Shown here in pieces: positions 13,801 through 26,550 of a stretch of 64,000 bases of DNA. The notes under the pieces are model-generated. The model did not search any database. It worked only from the letters and a program-made list of their open reading frames with translations, and was not told the origin of the DNA. Position 1 is the first letter of the stretch; each line of letters begins with the position of its first letter. Made by a program: the position numbers and the translations under genes. Source of the stretch: Raja brachyura (taxonomy: Eukaryota); contig OY740781.1 of NCBI GenBank assembly GCA_963514005.1, forward strand, positions 99,572,001-99,636,000. Direction: 5' to 3'.

Positions 13801-14999
13801 AAACACATCTGTCTGTACATAATGCTATAATGAATGCTGCAAACACATGACCTTTCATTTAAACAGAGCTCCCACTTTATGAACAATCCCTAAACATATC
13901 CTGAAATATCTCTTCAAATTAATTAATTCATTCATTTAATGATGAAAGACCATTTAAGAAACCCTGGATTTAGCCTGCTCCAACGTTGAATAAATCAAGA
14001 CTAGATTCTTTCCAGAGCTTATATACTCCTTTTTCCTGCTGTTTTAAAACTAAGTGATCTCAACGTTTCACAAATCCAATTGCAGAGCATCAATGCACCC
14101 ATAGGAAATTCCATATTTGCAATATTTTTAATGGACGTTACTGCTTAACATTCATGAATCCAGTATAACAAAATCCCAACGGTTGCAGGGTGATCTATTA
14201 GTCTAACTTAGTAAAGGAAATGTTTTGTACATTGAATTCTCTTGACTAGAGTGTTATATGTTAATGATCAAATATGGGAACACAATTAAACTTTTCCTCT
14301 CATAACTGTCCTCTTTCTTTTATAATCTGAACTTTCCTCATTGATTAATTTATGTCCTGACTTTCAACTGAGCCAATGAGGTGTGCTTAGTTTGCACTTG
14401 GTTCAAATTTCCACCGCTGAACTGAACTCAAATCAACTACTTGGCTCAGGCCAAAGTCATAAATGAACAAGGAGCCCGTAACTGTGGAGACCTGGAGTTT
14501 TAGAATGGTACCTTGCCTTTTCTTTTCTGTAGACTAACTGCCCTATCAATTGCTTTACTGCATTTTAGCAGCTTTAAATCAGAAGCACACAACATTCAAT
14601 TGAGAGGTTCAAGGAGCAGTGAGGTCAGGTTTCGATGTGCAAGACCGCGCTGTCAGTTTAAATGCAGAAAACTGCACTCCGCACAGTTGACAGCACTTAG
14701 TTCCACAGCTGTGATCTCGGCAACCAGCTCTCAAGGGGCCCAACAGTATGCATGCAGCATAAAAGAGTCCATCCTGCGGGATACTGGTCCAAGGGTGCCA
14801 CATGAACCTGATTGCTGAAGAACAGCATTTAGAGGAGGAGAGTTCCTCGTGGAAGACAGTCCCAGGGATTCGCCAGACTACAGCCAGAGCCCCCCCCCCC
14901 TCCCCACAGGATGTGGCCTGGGGCGCTGCATTAGGAGAAACACAACACAAACTGAGCCAACAAATGCCTGCACTTTGGATGGGCATGTGATACAGATAG

Positions 15000-16342
15000 A
15001 TTACTATGCCCGTTTAGCAGCCTCATTTGTAGGAACAAGGCAAAGCCCTCTTCGACGAACCGCCCGGATGAATCAGTGAGCAACAGACTTAGATGCGGCA
15101 GCGATCAGCAGTAGCAGCGTGGAACGATCCAGAAGTCAGAAAGCTAAGTGACTGGGATCTTGACCTCTATGGAGAAAGCACACGAACCGGCAGTGTTTTT
15201 CCTGCCGATATGGAGTTCAAATTCACCGCAAATGCAACGTTCCAATCGATCGCGTTCCAGAAGCAAGATGATTAAAATGCCCATTTTTTTTAGAGATAAG
15301 CCATCTAAATTGTCTATATTTTGTGTTATTCTCTCTCCATGATCATTATTTTTAAACTAAATATTCACAACAGTTTGAGTCACATGTACTGAACAAAACA
15401 ATAATTTGATTATATTTTGGGTGTATGTGTCTAGATCAATTTGTGGGAATTAAACATTAAATTCTTCCATCTGGGATATAAATTAATGACAGTGAGATTT
15501 AAAAATCATGTTATATTGTGAATTCTTGTGTGAATAGTATTAGTTTGTTATTTGGATACTTGGCTATTTAAAAAAAATATCCTTTTCTTAAGAAATTGAA
15601 TCTATAGGACATTGTTAATGGGAAAGTAGTGGGCAGAATGGCATGTCATGTGTGGTTTGAAAAGCAAAAACATGTAGTTTACAATGCCAAAATTGAAAAG
15701 TTGAGGAAAAACAAGGTGTACAGAGTTGCTTATTGGTTACAATCTGAGGAGTATGATGATGCTATTGATTATGATATGCCAATGTACCAGCTAGCAACTG
15801 ATCTTCTCCATAAAGACTTGGTCTATTGCTAGAAATTGTAATTTATTTACCTATCTGTTACGGATTTACAGTATATAATATAATAATATTAAAGTTCTGA
15901 TCTTGAGAATATCACATTTTTGAATTTTCAAGGCAGTCTGGGTGTTTATTACTATTTCCGTCACAACAGTCAATTTTGTAATTAACTACAATTAGGTAAT
16001 TAACTAATTATATGCTTTAATTTCAGGTCATCCAAGTAACATTGTTTTATATGTGTTGCAGAATGCTTCAATCTATAATAACTCAAAATTTCATTCAGTT
16101 CTCTTGATTTTTAACAAAGTCATGGGCTTTTGACTGTCCTCGATCACAGCTTTTGTGTTAAGTCAATGAAAAAGCAATAGGGAGCAAGATGCTCATTTCC
16201 GAGTATGAAATGGCCATAACTTTTTTAATACTGAATACATGAAAGTGAATTAGGTGTCAAATTAAAGTTCTTTTTATGCTTTATCTGATGGGATAAATTG
16301 CAGACTTGATTTTTTAAATCTCAAAATTTTGTAACATTGCTA
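15000..16342 (+). mobile_element. Related copy of the TAG...CTA DNA transposon retaining a coding fragment; left end uncertain
   Basis: Ends aaaattttgtaacattgcta; blocks 15180-15275, 15450-15600 and 15975-16342 align to the reverse complement of 47007-47625. Confidence 0.75.
15608..15832 (+). pseudogene. C-terminal fragment of a transposon-encoded protein
   Basis: DIVNGKVVGRMACHVWFEKQKHVVYNAKIEKLRKNKVYRVAYWLQSEEYDDAIDYDMPMYQLATDLLHKDLVYC* is protein-like, followed by an AT-rich UTR with attaaa; absent from the 47 kb copy. Confidence 0.55.
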
Positions 16343-17127
16343 TGCAAGTTTTCCCATTGTATATTGGTATGGTACTCATGACAAAAATAAATCAATTATA
16401 CCATTCATTTACCAAGCACAGAAATAATTGAAAACGTTCTTCTTCCTCCTGACATATGTACATTGAATAACTTACTTGACAAGATTGTTTTAATGAACAT
16501 TTTCCTGCCTAAGAATGTTGAGAAAAATAATTCAGAAATTACTCATCACAAGATTGTTCAAAACATTGCTCAATATTTTCCCTTCACCTATTTTTGTTAT
16601 TGCATTAACAGGCTTGATTAACCAACTGAACAAAAAATGTTTGCATATAAATTTTGAGTTTCTTAGTTGGCACAGTGGTGCAGTTGCTGCACCACTGCTG
16701 CCTCTTGCTCTGAGAGTTGCTGCCTCTCAGCACCAGAGACCCCTTGTTCGCTCCTCCACACAGGACTTTGAACTCGAGTCTTATAATCAACTCACTGAGG
16801 AGTCCACCTATCACCCACTGGCCATTGGCTCACAATTCCACCCCTCCTCCTCTCAACTTCATCGATTTCCTCAGCTGGTTCCACCTTTCACTTGTCAGCA
16901 CCACTCACTCACCTCTTTATATTGGCTACTTTCCCTCTACACTCTCAGTTCTGATGCTGGATCTTGAACTGAAACGTCAACTTTCCCTATGCCTCCACAC
17001 ATGCGGCCCTAACACCCCCCCCCCCCCCCCCCCCAGTTCCACCAGCAGATTGCTGTGTTTTTTTCAAGTGTTCCTACCAAGAAGCTTGATTTTCCACTTT
17101 AACTATTATTTCTACAATTGGCTTAGC

Positions 17128-17505
17128 CAGGAGGATGAGGGGAGATCTCATAGAGGTATTCAAAATCATGAGAGGAATAGATTGGATAGATGCACAGTAT
17201 TTTGCCCAGAGCAGGGGAATCGAGGACCATTGGTTCAAGGTGAAAGAGAAAATATTTAATAAGAATCCGAGGGCTAACATTTTCACACAAAGGGTTGTGG
17301 ATGTATGGAACAAGCTGCCAGAGGAGGTAGTTCAGGCTGGGACTATCCCATCGTTTAAGAACCAGTTAGACAGGTACATGGATAGGAAAGGTTTAGAGGG
17401 ATATGGACCAAGCGCAGGCAAGTGGGACTAGTGTAGCTGGGTTTGGGCAAGTTGGACCGAAGGGCCTGTTTCCACACTGTATCTCTCAATGACTCTATGA
17501 CTCTA
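17128..17505 (+). mobile_element. CR1 LINE 3' fragment
   Basis: ORF 17135-17431 MRGDLIEVFK...FTQRVVDVWNKLP. Confidence 0.9.
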
Positions 17506-18345
17506 AAGTATTTGTTTTCAGGGAGGGAAATAATTGTTTGGCAATAAGGCGAGGTATGTCAACAGCATGTGGCTTTTGTACAGCTGGTTCCACGTAGAAA
17601 AGCAGCACAGATCAGCGACTACAGAGGTGACGCGGAGAGACGAGGAGGTGGTGAACAAACAGGGTTTTGCACAGGTGTTCATACATTGTTCTCAGAGGAG
17701 GTCATGTTTCTGGATGAGGAAGTATGCTGAACCAGCCAAGACAGCATTACAAAAGCAAGTCCAGGAGTGAAAGGGCAGGATTTTCAATAACAAAAGAACT
17801 GTCGCACAGAGAAAGTCCATGTTGACTTGACTCTGAGGCACTTGGCCCCTGCAGTCACCAACAATCAACATCAACATCAAAGAGTGCAGGGACATGGCCT
17901 AAGGTCATGTGAAGAACACAGAGTTTGTGGAAAAGGTTAATGGGTCTCTTTGAAATTTGATTGCAAAATGTTGGGATGAAGCAGGTGGCATCGCAGTTTC
18001 AGCACTATCCAATTGGGAAGACAACGCTCAACCAACAGTAAAGCACAAAAACAAGTTAGTGTTATTTCATGTTGCTTTTAAAATGCGCTCATGCGCTTCC
18101 CAATACTAGTCACCATTGGGCAGCAGATGTAATTCTCGCATTAGTTGTGCAAAAGACGACTTTCTTTCTACTTGCGACATTGCCACATAGCTTCAACCAA
18201 GATGTCCCAGGCATTATGTAGGCAGAAAGTGCTGGGGAAACCCAGTGCAGCATCTCTGGAGAACATGGAGAGGCAATGTTACCCCAGCACTTTGTGTCTT
18301 CCCAGGAGTCACATCGTTAACTTTTCCATGGACATGCACAATATA

Positions 18346-18657
18346 GGGCAGCACGGTGGCGCAGCAGTAGAGTTGCTGCCTTATAGTGCTTGCAGCGTCA
18401 GAGTCCTGGGTTCAATCTGTGCTGTGTACGGAGTTTGTACGTTCTCCCCGTGACCGCGTGGGTTTTCTCCTAGATCTTTGGTTTCCCCCCACACTCCAAA
18501 TGCATACAAGTTTGTAGGTTAATTGGCTTGGTTTAAATGTAAAAATTGTCCCTTGTGTGTGTAGGATAGTGTTAATGTGCGGGGATCGCTGGTTGACGTG
18601 GACCCAGTGGGCCGAAGGGACTGTTTCTGCGTTGTATCTCTAAACTAAACTAAACTG
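18346..18657 (+). mobile_element. tRNA-derived V-SINE
   Basis: Same family as 11110. Confidence 0.9.
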
Positions 18658-18971
18658 AATGTAGATGAGGACATCTGCAAGGAATTCCCAATCATATTTT
18701 TAACCCTTCATGCCCACATCCTAGATGGTGCTGAAACTTCTAAACCAACTGATCTTGCTCCCAAACCCCAAAGCCATCGACCATGCCAAACATCCCCGTA
18801 CACCCCAAATCATCCTGGTCTCCAAACAACAACTCCCCTTCCTTCCAACTCAGATCCTGACACCTTAAAATCCAGTCTTGGTCCCAGTTCCTCAAATAAG
18901 TATCTTAATTCCACGCTATACATTAGGAGACTATTGCTGTATCATATCCTAATAACTATAAATCTCTGATC

Positions 18972-18972
<1 letters not shown>

Positions 18973-19025
<53 letters not shown>

Positions 19026-19028
19026 GTT
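18973..19028 (+). repeat. (TG)n microsatellite
   Basis: Direct reading. Confidence 0.97.
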
Positions 19029-19659
19029 GATTTGTTTGTGGGTGATCAAATCTACTCGAAGAAACAACACGCTAACAGGAGCTTTTTTAAATATTCCAGT
19101 AGTCACTTACTCCCTGGAGTCTAAAATCGGCTTACCTGAAATGTTGTGCTTTATTTCTTGAGATTAATAAAAATCTTCACAAATCCGATCAAAATTTGAA
19201 TTCAAAACGCCTGTTTTTTTCGCTGATGACGTGACAATGGATCTGCCTGCCTGCCGTGCCGTCTGCTCGCGCTGCGACTGACGTCACCTCCCACCCCTCC
19301 CTCCTCGGCCCGTTGTTCAAAAGTCACCCCGTTGACTAAATAACGAAGATCATCGCTGAAGACTGCGGCACGCGCTGTAAGTGATGAACGAGTTGAGCCC
19401 TATATTAGATCTCTAGGGTCCGTCTCAGCTCCCGTCCGTCGCTGCCAAAAAACATTTGAAAAAAACCCCGCTGTCCAAAGATCATAGAGCGCTGTCTTCT
19501 TGCTCGCGCTGCGAGTGATGAAACCCCCCGATCACTCCCCCAGTTCTCGGGCACTGCCTGCCAAAGATCATGGAGCAGAGCCTGCAGCAGGGAGCAAGGT
19601 TCGGGAACCATCACTCCCCTCTGACAATGTGGCCCCCCCTCAAACTCTACCCCCCTCCC

Positions 19660-19995
19660 TCTCTGTGCCTCTGTGTCTCCGCGTCCCACTCTGTGCCTCT
19701 GTGTCCCTCTCTATGGCTCTGTGTCCCACTCTGTGTCCCTCTTTGAGCCCCTCTCTGTGCCTCTGTGTCCCTCTCTGTGCCTGTGTCCCTCTCCGTGCCT
19801 CTGTGTCCCTCTCTGTGCCTCTGTGTCCCTCTCTGTGCCTCTGTGTCCCTCTCTGTGCCTCTGTGTCCCTCTCTGTGCCTCTGTGTCCCTCTCTGTGCCT
19901 CTGTGTCCCTCTCTGTGCCTCTGTGTCCCTCTCCGTGCCTCTGTGTCCCTCTCTGTGCCTCTGTGTCCCTCTCTGTGCCTGTGTCCCTCTCTCTC
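19660..19995 (+). repeat. 20-bp minisatellite (ctgtgtccctctctgtgcct)n
   Basis: Direct tandem units, homogeneous across about 19780-19990. Confidence 0.95.
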
Positions 19996-20202
19996 TACCC
20001 CCTTCGCTCTCTAGCCATGCCTGCGAGTTGGGGGCTATACATGAGTGGATAGGGCAGGGGATGGGGTAAAAGAGTGAATGAATAATAATAATAATTTAAT
20101 ATCAATGGGGGTGGTTAGTGTGTGTGTGACATCATAGGCCGCTCCCTCCCCCCACAACCACGCGTTGAGGGGACGGGACCCCACGAGTCTGACTTGGTCT
20201 AG

Positions 20203-20778
20203 TACCTATTAAAACTCTGATCTTGGATGCGTGTGTGTTTGTTCGTGTGTGTGTTTGTTTGTGTATAATCACATCTTTTCGAAAAAACGGCACGCTAACA
20301 GTAACATTTTTACATATTCCGCTATAGATTTTCCCTCTGGAGTCCGGAATCGCCTTATCTGAAAAGTTCAATCTTTATTTCATATTAATGAAAATGTTCA
20401 AGAATCTGAAGACTTTTGACAAAAAAACCTGCTGTCTTCTTGCTCGCGCTGCAAGTGACGTCACTCCTCCCCCCCCGACCACACCCCTCCATACTCGGCC
20501 CCTTCCTAGAGCCGGCCACCCATGGGGGTTATGGGTAGGGGACAGGTGCATTGGGGGGAGCTGGGAGCGAGGGAATATTACATACAGGAACCAGCCCCCC
20601 CTGTGACGATGCGCACCCGCCCCCCCCCCCCCACCATACCCACCCCTCAAACTTTACCCCCTCCCTCTCTGCCCCTCTCTGCCCCTCTCCCGCTCCATCT
20701 CTGCCCCCCACGTGGGCGCTACAGGTAGGGGATGGCTGTGTTGAGGGAGCAGACCCAACAGGTCCGCACTTGGTCTAG
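20203..20778 (+). mobile_element. Second non-autonomous Helitron of a related family (its first 5 nt probably at 18942-18946)
   Basis: Homologous 5' region (ctctgatcttg...cacgctaacag...tctggagtc); hairpin gcagacc-caaca-ggtccgc then acttggtCTAG|T. Confidence 0.8.
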
Positions 20779-21022
20779 TACTATATAATTAAGCCCACAG
20801 AAGTTACAAATATTACAGGCAAAAATAGGGTTGACAGTCAGAACCTATTTCCCAGGGTCAAAGTTAGAGGGCATGACCTTTAGGTAAAAGAGGCAAAGGT
20901 TAAAGGAGATGTGCAGGAGAAGTACTTTTTTACATAGAGGGTGGTAGGTACCTGGAATGTGCTGCCAGGTCTGGTGCTGGAGTCAGACATAATAGTGGCA
21001 TATAAGAGGCTTTTAGAAGTGG

Positions 21023-21063
21023 GGCTGGCGATTGGTTAGAGCATAGTGCTAACTACGCCAGGG
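21023..21063 (+). pseudogene. Truncated tRNA-Ile(AAT)-derived fragment
   Basis: ggctgg..ttggttagagcatagtgctaactacgccaggg vs vertebrate tRNA-Ile GGCCGG..TTGGTTAGAGCGTGGTGCTAATAACGCCAAGG (recalled); T-arm and 3' end missing. Confidence 0.55.
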
Positions 21064-21065
21064 AG

Positions 21066-21348
21066 GGGCAGCACAATAATGCAGCGGTAGAGTTGCTGCC
21101 TTACAGCGCCAGAGATCCGTGTTCGATCCTGACCATGGGTACTGTCTGTACGGAGTTTGTACATTTCCCTATGAACGCGTGGATTTTCTCCGGTTTACTC
21201 CCACATTCCCAAGGATGGGCAGGTTTAAAGATGTGCAGGCTTCTGTAAATTGCCCCTAATGTGTAGGCCAGAACTAGTGTCCGGGTGATGGTTGGTTGGT
21301 GTTAAAGGGCCTTTTTCCATGCTGTATCTCTTACCTTAACTAAATCTA
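21066..21348 (+). mobile_element. V-SINE inside an old CR1 fragment (20820-21470)
   Basis: Same family as 11110; CR1 sequence resumes after it. Confidence 0.8.
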
Positions 21349-22384
21349 AGATGGGCACATGAACGTCCAGTGAAAGGAGCGGATATGGATCATGTGCAGG
21401 GAGATGAGAGTAGTTATCTTGACATCAAGTTCGGCACAGACCCTGCTCCTGTGCCATATATTCTATGTTCTACTCTAGCTCTCTGTCACAGAATCAGCCG
21501 GAATTCCGAAAGCCTTGACTTGAGTGTTCTGAATATTTAACTGAAGGGAGCAGAGACTACTTCACCAATGCCCTTGGACAGAGATGTGGAGGGGGTGACC
21601 AAATAGTATAGAGGTAACATTCACAAACATACACACTGGAATTCCAGTGCACCTCATGGCTCTCTGGTTGCCCTTGCGTTGCAAAGGGGCACTGCGAAAA
21701 ATGCTTTGCTTGAAAATGTTTTTGAGGGTGGTTGTGAGTTTTTGAAGCAGAGAGTGAACTGGTAATGAGTTGTGGGAACTGCAGATGCTGGTTGAAACCG
21801 AAGATAGACAAAAAACTGGACTAACTCAGTGGGTCAGGCAGCATCTCTGGAGAGAAGGAATGGGTAACGTTTTGGGTCGAGACCAGAAGGAGATTGATGA
21901 AATCTCAATGAGAGTTGGTTGTCGTGGAATGTAGGTGGCTGATTCTGCGACGGAAAGGTGAAGTAGAACACAGAATTTACAGCATAGGGACAGGGCCTCC
22001 AGCCCACAATGTCTGTGCTGAACATGATGTGAGCCCTTCTCATTGAATGATAATGATAAGAGGCAACTTAGCATCTTCAATGATGAGGTTGGCAGGTTTG
22101 ATGCTTGACGGATTGAGAATTAGTGAAGGGCATTTTAATAAAACGTCAACGCAGACATACCTCAAATCAACACATAACAGGTTAGGTCAGAACATGTTCC
22201 ACAAATAAAACTTAATCCATCTCAACTCCACCCTCTGAATAGCACTGCCAAAGTGACAGGGTGATATTTTATTTTCCTCTGCCAAATTTGTATCTTGCCT
22301 TCGTATATAACACAGATAAAATATTGCTCAACAGAAGCTTGTTGTGATTTGAACCTGTACTGGCCAAAGACAAAGTCACGCACT

Positions 22385-22615
22385 CTTTTCACACAAAGGG
22401 TGGTGGGTGTATGGAACAAGCTGCCAGAGGTGATATTTGAGGCAGGGACTATCCCAACATTTAAGAAACAGTTGGACAGATACATGGATAGGATGGGTTT
22501 GGAGGAATATAGACCAAACGCGGGCAGGTGGGACTAGTGTAGCTGGGACATGTTAGCTGGTGTGGGCGAGTTGGGCCAAAGGGCCTGTTTCCACACTGTA
22601 TCACTGTATGACTCT
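22385..22615 (+). mobile_element. CR1 LINE 3' end
   Basis: FTQRVVGVWNKLPE; matches 17280-17500. Confidence 0.85.
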
Positions 22616-23654
22616 CCATTCACAAACATGGCAATGGAAACAACTTTCAGATGTAGAGAGTATGGGATAATATGTCTATAATATCTCTCAAACCATTTTG
22701 TCCGAGCTCCCATTCCCTGGCTGATCAGATAACCTTGTTTACAGCTTATCCCCATGTTCACTCTGTTTTTACCCTCTCAAAAATCTTCTCTGCATCTTAA
22801 CAAGCTTTTGTCTCCTTCCCAATTTTGGCAACGGGCCTCCAAACTGAAACTCTTGTTTCTACTTGTTTCTCTTCCCACAAATGCTGAGTATTTCCATCAT
22901 TTTCCCTTCCATCCTGAGGTCAGCCCAGGTTTGCTCAATTTTACCTTCAAATTTTACCTTCATCCTATGACCCCTTTGATACTGCAGGTAATGCCACTTT
23001 GGGAAATCTGCTGCAGTGCAAGTGGACCAGAAAAGTCACATATCCACGTTCTCCAGAGATGCTGCCTGACCCACTTAGTTACTCTCCCAGACCTTTGTGT
23101 CCTTTTGTGCATTTCTTTATTTCTACAAAGTACAAGTGGGGATGGTTTTGGATTAGACAAACTATTTTTAGAAAACATTTTTTCCTTTATGTCTGTTACA
23201 GCTTGTCAATAGATTAGTTGAGTCATAGGCACTGGAAGAAGGTATACTGTGCTATTACATATTTGAAGCACAGTTGGAAGATGTGTTTATTAAATAAGTA
23301 ACTTTGCTTCCCACTAAGTAAAGAAACTGTATGCAGCAGCCACTCTCCTTTCCCCTCCCCCAATGGGAACAACAGAAAGCCATTGTGGACAGCACATTGC
23401 TATCACCTTCAACTGCATTCCGGAAGCAAAAAATAATCTGTCCCTTTATTCTAAGCGGTGTCACCAAATCTGTTACCAATTAGTTTCTTGTTAATTGTTC
23501 CATCTCCCTGTTGAATAAATACAACAGTTAAAGGTTTTTTTAAAAATCAAAAATCAAAAACCAAAAGAACTTAAAAGCAGAACTAAATGCAGTTCTTCTG
23601 AAGAAACTGGGTGTGACAGCATTTGAAAGTGAAATTTTGTTTCATCATACCTTA

Positions 23655-24068
23655 ATATACAAAAATGCTGGAGAAACTCAGCGGGTGAGGCAGCATCTAT
23701 GGAGCGAAGGAAATAGGCGATGTTTCGGGTCGAGACCCTCCTTCAGACTGATGTGAGGGTGGGGGGTATGGGAAGAAGAAAGGAAGAGGGGGAGACAGTG
23801 GGCTGTGGGAGAGCTGGGACGGGGAGGGGAAAGAAGGAGAAAGCAGGAACTATCTAAAATTGGAGGTCAATGTTCATACCGCTGAGGTGAAATATGAGGT
23901 GCTGCTTCTCCAATTTACGGTGGGCCTCAGTCTGGCCATGGAGGAGGCCCAGGACAGAAAGGTCGGATTCGGAATGGGAGGGGGAGTTGAAGTGCTAAGC
24001 CACCGGGAGACGCTTGGTCTCACCGATGCAGAGCAGCTGACACCTAGAGCAGCGGATGCAATAGATGT
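23655..24068 (-). mobile_element. Internally deleted Penelope-like 3' fragment
   Basis: Complementary to 36590-36815 and to 37560-37800. Confidence 0.8.
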
Positions 24069-24370
24069 ATTTATCACAAATGCATAATATTTATATATAA
24101 TAATATTTGTGATCATCTCTCAAACAACATTAATAGATTCAACTGGATAGTTAAACAGACAAGGCCAACTTTAGTGAGGGAAAGAAAAACTCATGCAGCA
24201 AAACTAAAATAAAAAAGGTACAATTAAAGAAGAGTACACACAGCAGCTAGAACAAAGGCTGTTGGAACATACAGTACTTTAGATGCCCTTCAAGGAACCA
24301 CCATTAATTAATAATTTTGGTCAGATTTCAAGGGCTGGGAACAATGAAGAAACAGGCCAACACAAACCAA

Positions 24371-24645
24371 GGCAGTAGAGTTGCCGCCTCACAGCGCCCA
24401 AGACCCGGGTCCATCCTGACCTCAGGTGCTGTCTGTGTGGTGTTTGCACATGGTCCCTATGGCCCATGGGTTAACCTCCGGGTGCTCTGGTTTCCTCCCA
24501 CATAGCAAAGATATGTGGGTTTCTAGGTTAATTGGCTTCTGTAAATTAAATTGAATCAAATGTGTAGGGAATGGATGTGAAAGTAACATGGAACGCGTGT
24601 GAATGGGTGTGGACTGAGATTTCCATGCACTATCCCTAAACTAAA
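24371..24645 (+). mobile_element. V-SINE
   Basis: Same family as 12208. Confidence 0.8.
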
Positions 24646-26550
24646 CCATTCAGCCAGCATAGATACATGTACAGTTGTACACCTGGACCCCACCACCCAA
24701 AGGTAAAAATCTGTTAATAGGACTGCTTTGCTAGGAACCCTGCTGCCTCCATCCCACCATCTTCACAGATCAGTAATGCCCGGCCAAATTTCAGTTCACC
24801 ATCACAATCCTTCCTTATACTTATCACCTGATGAATAATGGATTCAACAAACCAGAATATCCGAGTCTGCCCCTTTCCTTAAGGCCCCAATGAGGTAATG
24901 TCTTGGTTACATTCCAAAGTTGAGAGCTGTAAGTGTGGCTAAAGGGCGCTGTTTGTTAGAATTAAACTAGACTTCAAGATGAATCAATCTGTGACTTAAC
25001 AATATGTCTATCATTCCACCTCAAACCCTACGTTCAACGGAAAAATCAACTTGCTCCCTTTATAAGAAAATAGCCAATATCCGTGAGTAATGTGCGGTAC
25101 TTCCACATTTCAATATTGTTCTCTATTCCTACAATATACAATATCCCTTTTTTCTTGATTTTTTAATATTTACCTTACTGGAATGATCTGTTTTAACTTA
25201 TCTCAACTAAGTAGTTAATGATTTGTGTGAATCAGTGACCATCTTCAACAGGAGCCATCCACCGTTGACATTCAATGGCATTACTGTCCCCAATTTCCCA
25301 TGCTAACAATATCCTGCCGGTCCTCATTGACTAGAAACTCAACTGAACCAACCACATGGATTGATTACAAGAGTATGTTTGAGGCCTGGTATCCTACAGT
25401 TTAATTTAGTTTATCGTCATGTGTACCGAGGTACAGTGAAAAGCTTTTTGCTGCCTGCTATCCAGTCAGCGATTAAGTCGTCCAGAGTGTACAGATACCG
25501 GATAAAATGCCTTCTATTCAGAGATGCTGCCTGTCCTGCTGAGTTACTCCAGCATTTTGTATCTATCTTCGGGAAAAAGTATAATGTTGAGTGCAAGATA
25601 AAGTCTAGTAAAGTCTGATTAAAGATAGTCCAAGAGTCTCCAATGAAGTAGATGGTAGGTGAGGGCCATTCTCTAGCTGGTGGCAGGATGTTTCAGTTGC
25701 AGCTGTTATCAGCTTGTTGGACTTTCGCTATTCCCTTCATCTTGTATTTGTACACTGTGGACAGCTTGATTGTAATCATATATAGTCTTTCCGTTGACCG
25801 GACATCACGCAAAAAAAGCTTTCCACTTGGCACATTTGACAATAAACCAAACTGTAGGATACTAGGTCTCATACTCTTGTGGTCGCCATATTTATGTGGC
25901 TGTTCAGCTGAGTTTCTGGTCAATAATATTCTGGTCAGGATATTGTGGAAATGTGGGGACAGTAATGCCATTGAATGCCAAAGTTGGATGGCTCTTGTTG
26001 AAGATGGTTGCTGCCTGGCACAAATCATTAAAGGATTCAGTAAGGGATTCTCCACCTGACACCCCATGACATGAATGTTATTTGCTACATATCAGCTTTT
26101 GTTTGAATTTATCTTTGCCAAAGAAAATCCTGTTCCTAATATCTTTAGTTGTAAAACATTAGACCTCATACCAGTATCTGTTTCTGGCAAGAGATCTGCT
26201 GAAAACCTTGGCCACTGTCAACACTGGTTTTATTCCTTCTGCAAATGGAATTGGGCATTGGTTACTTTTGATCGGTCCATGTTTTGGAACCTAGGTATAT
26301 CCTTAGACAGCAATAAAGTATCTGTCTCACCACAATGAAGTTAGTGACTTTGGCTGCACCTTTTTCTGTTCTTGTCCCCCCATTTCCTTAAATATACATT
26401 TTCTGAATGTATTTTTAATGTGCAAAGAAATCGACAGCGTCACCTACTTTTTGTCTCAGGCTTTAGAATTCATAAGATTTGACCTTGGATCTCGACCCGA
26501 AACGTCACCCATTCCTTCTCTCCAGAGATGCTGCCTGTCCCACTGAGTTA

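Larger units (their letters stand above)
18947..20202 (+). mobile_element. Non-autonomous Helitron containing (TG)n and a 20-bp minisatellite
   Basis: A|TC 5' end (tcctaataactataaatctctgatctt), degenerate 3' hairpin then ttggtCTAG|T. Confidence 0.8.

Noticed and set aside
19500-20069. Cys/Leu/Pro-rich ORFs in three frames
   Set aside because: Translations of the 20-bp minisatellite.
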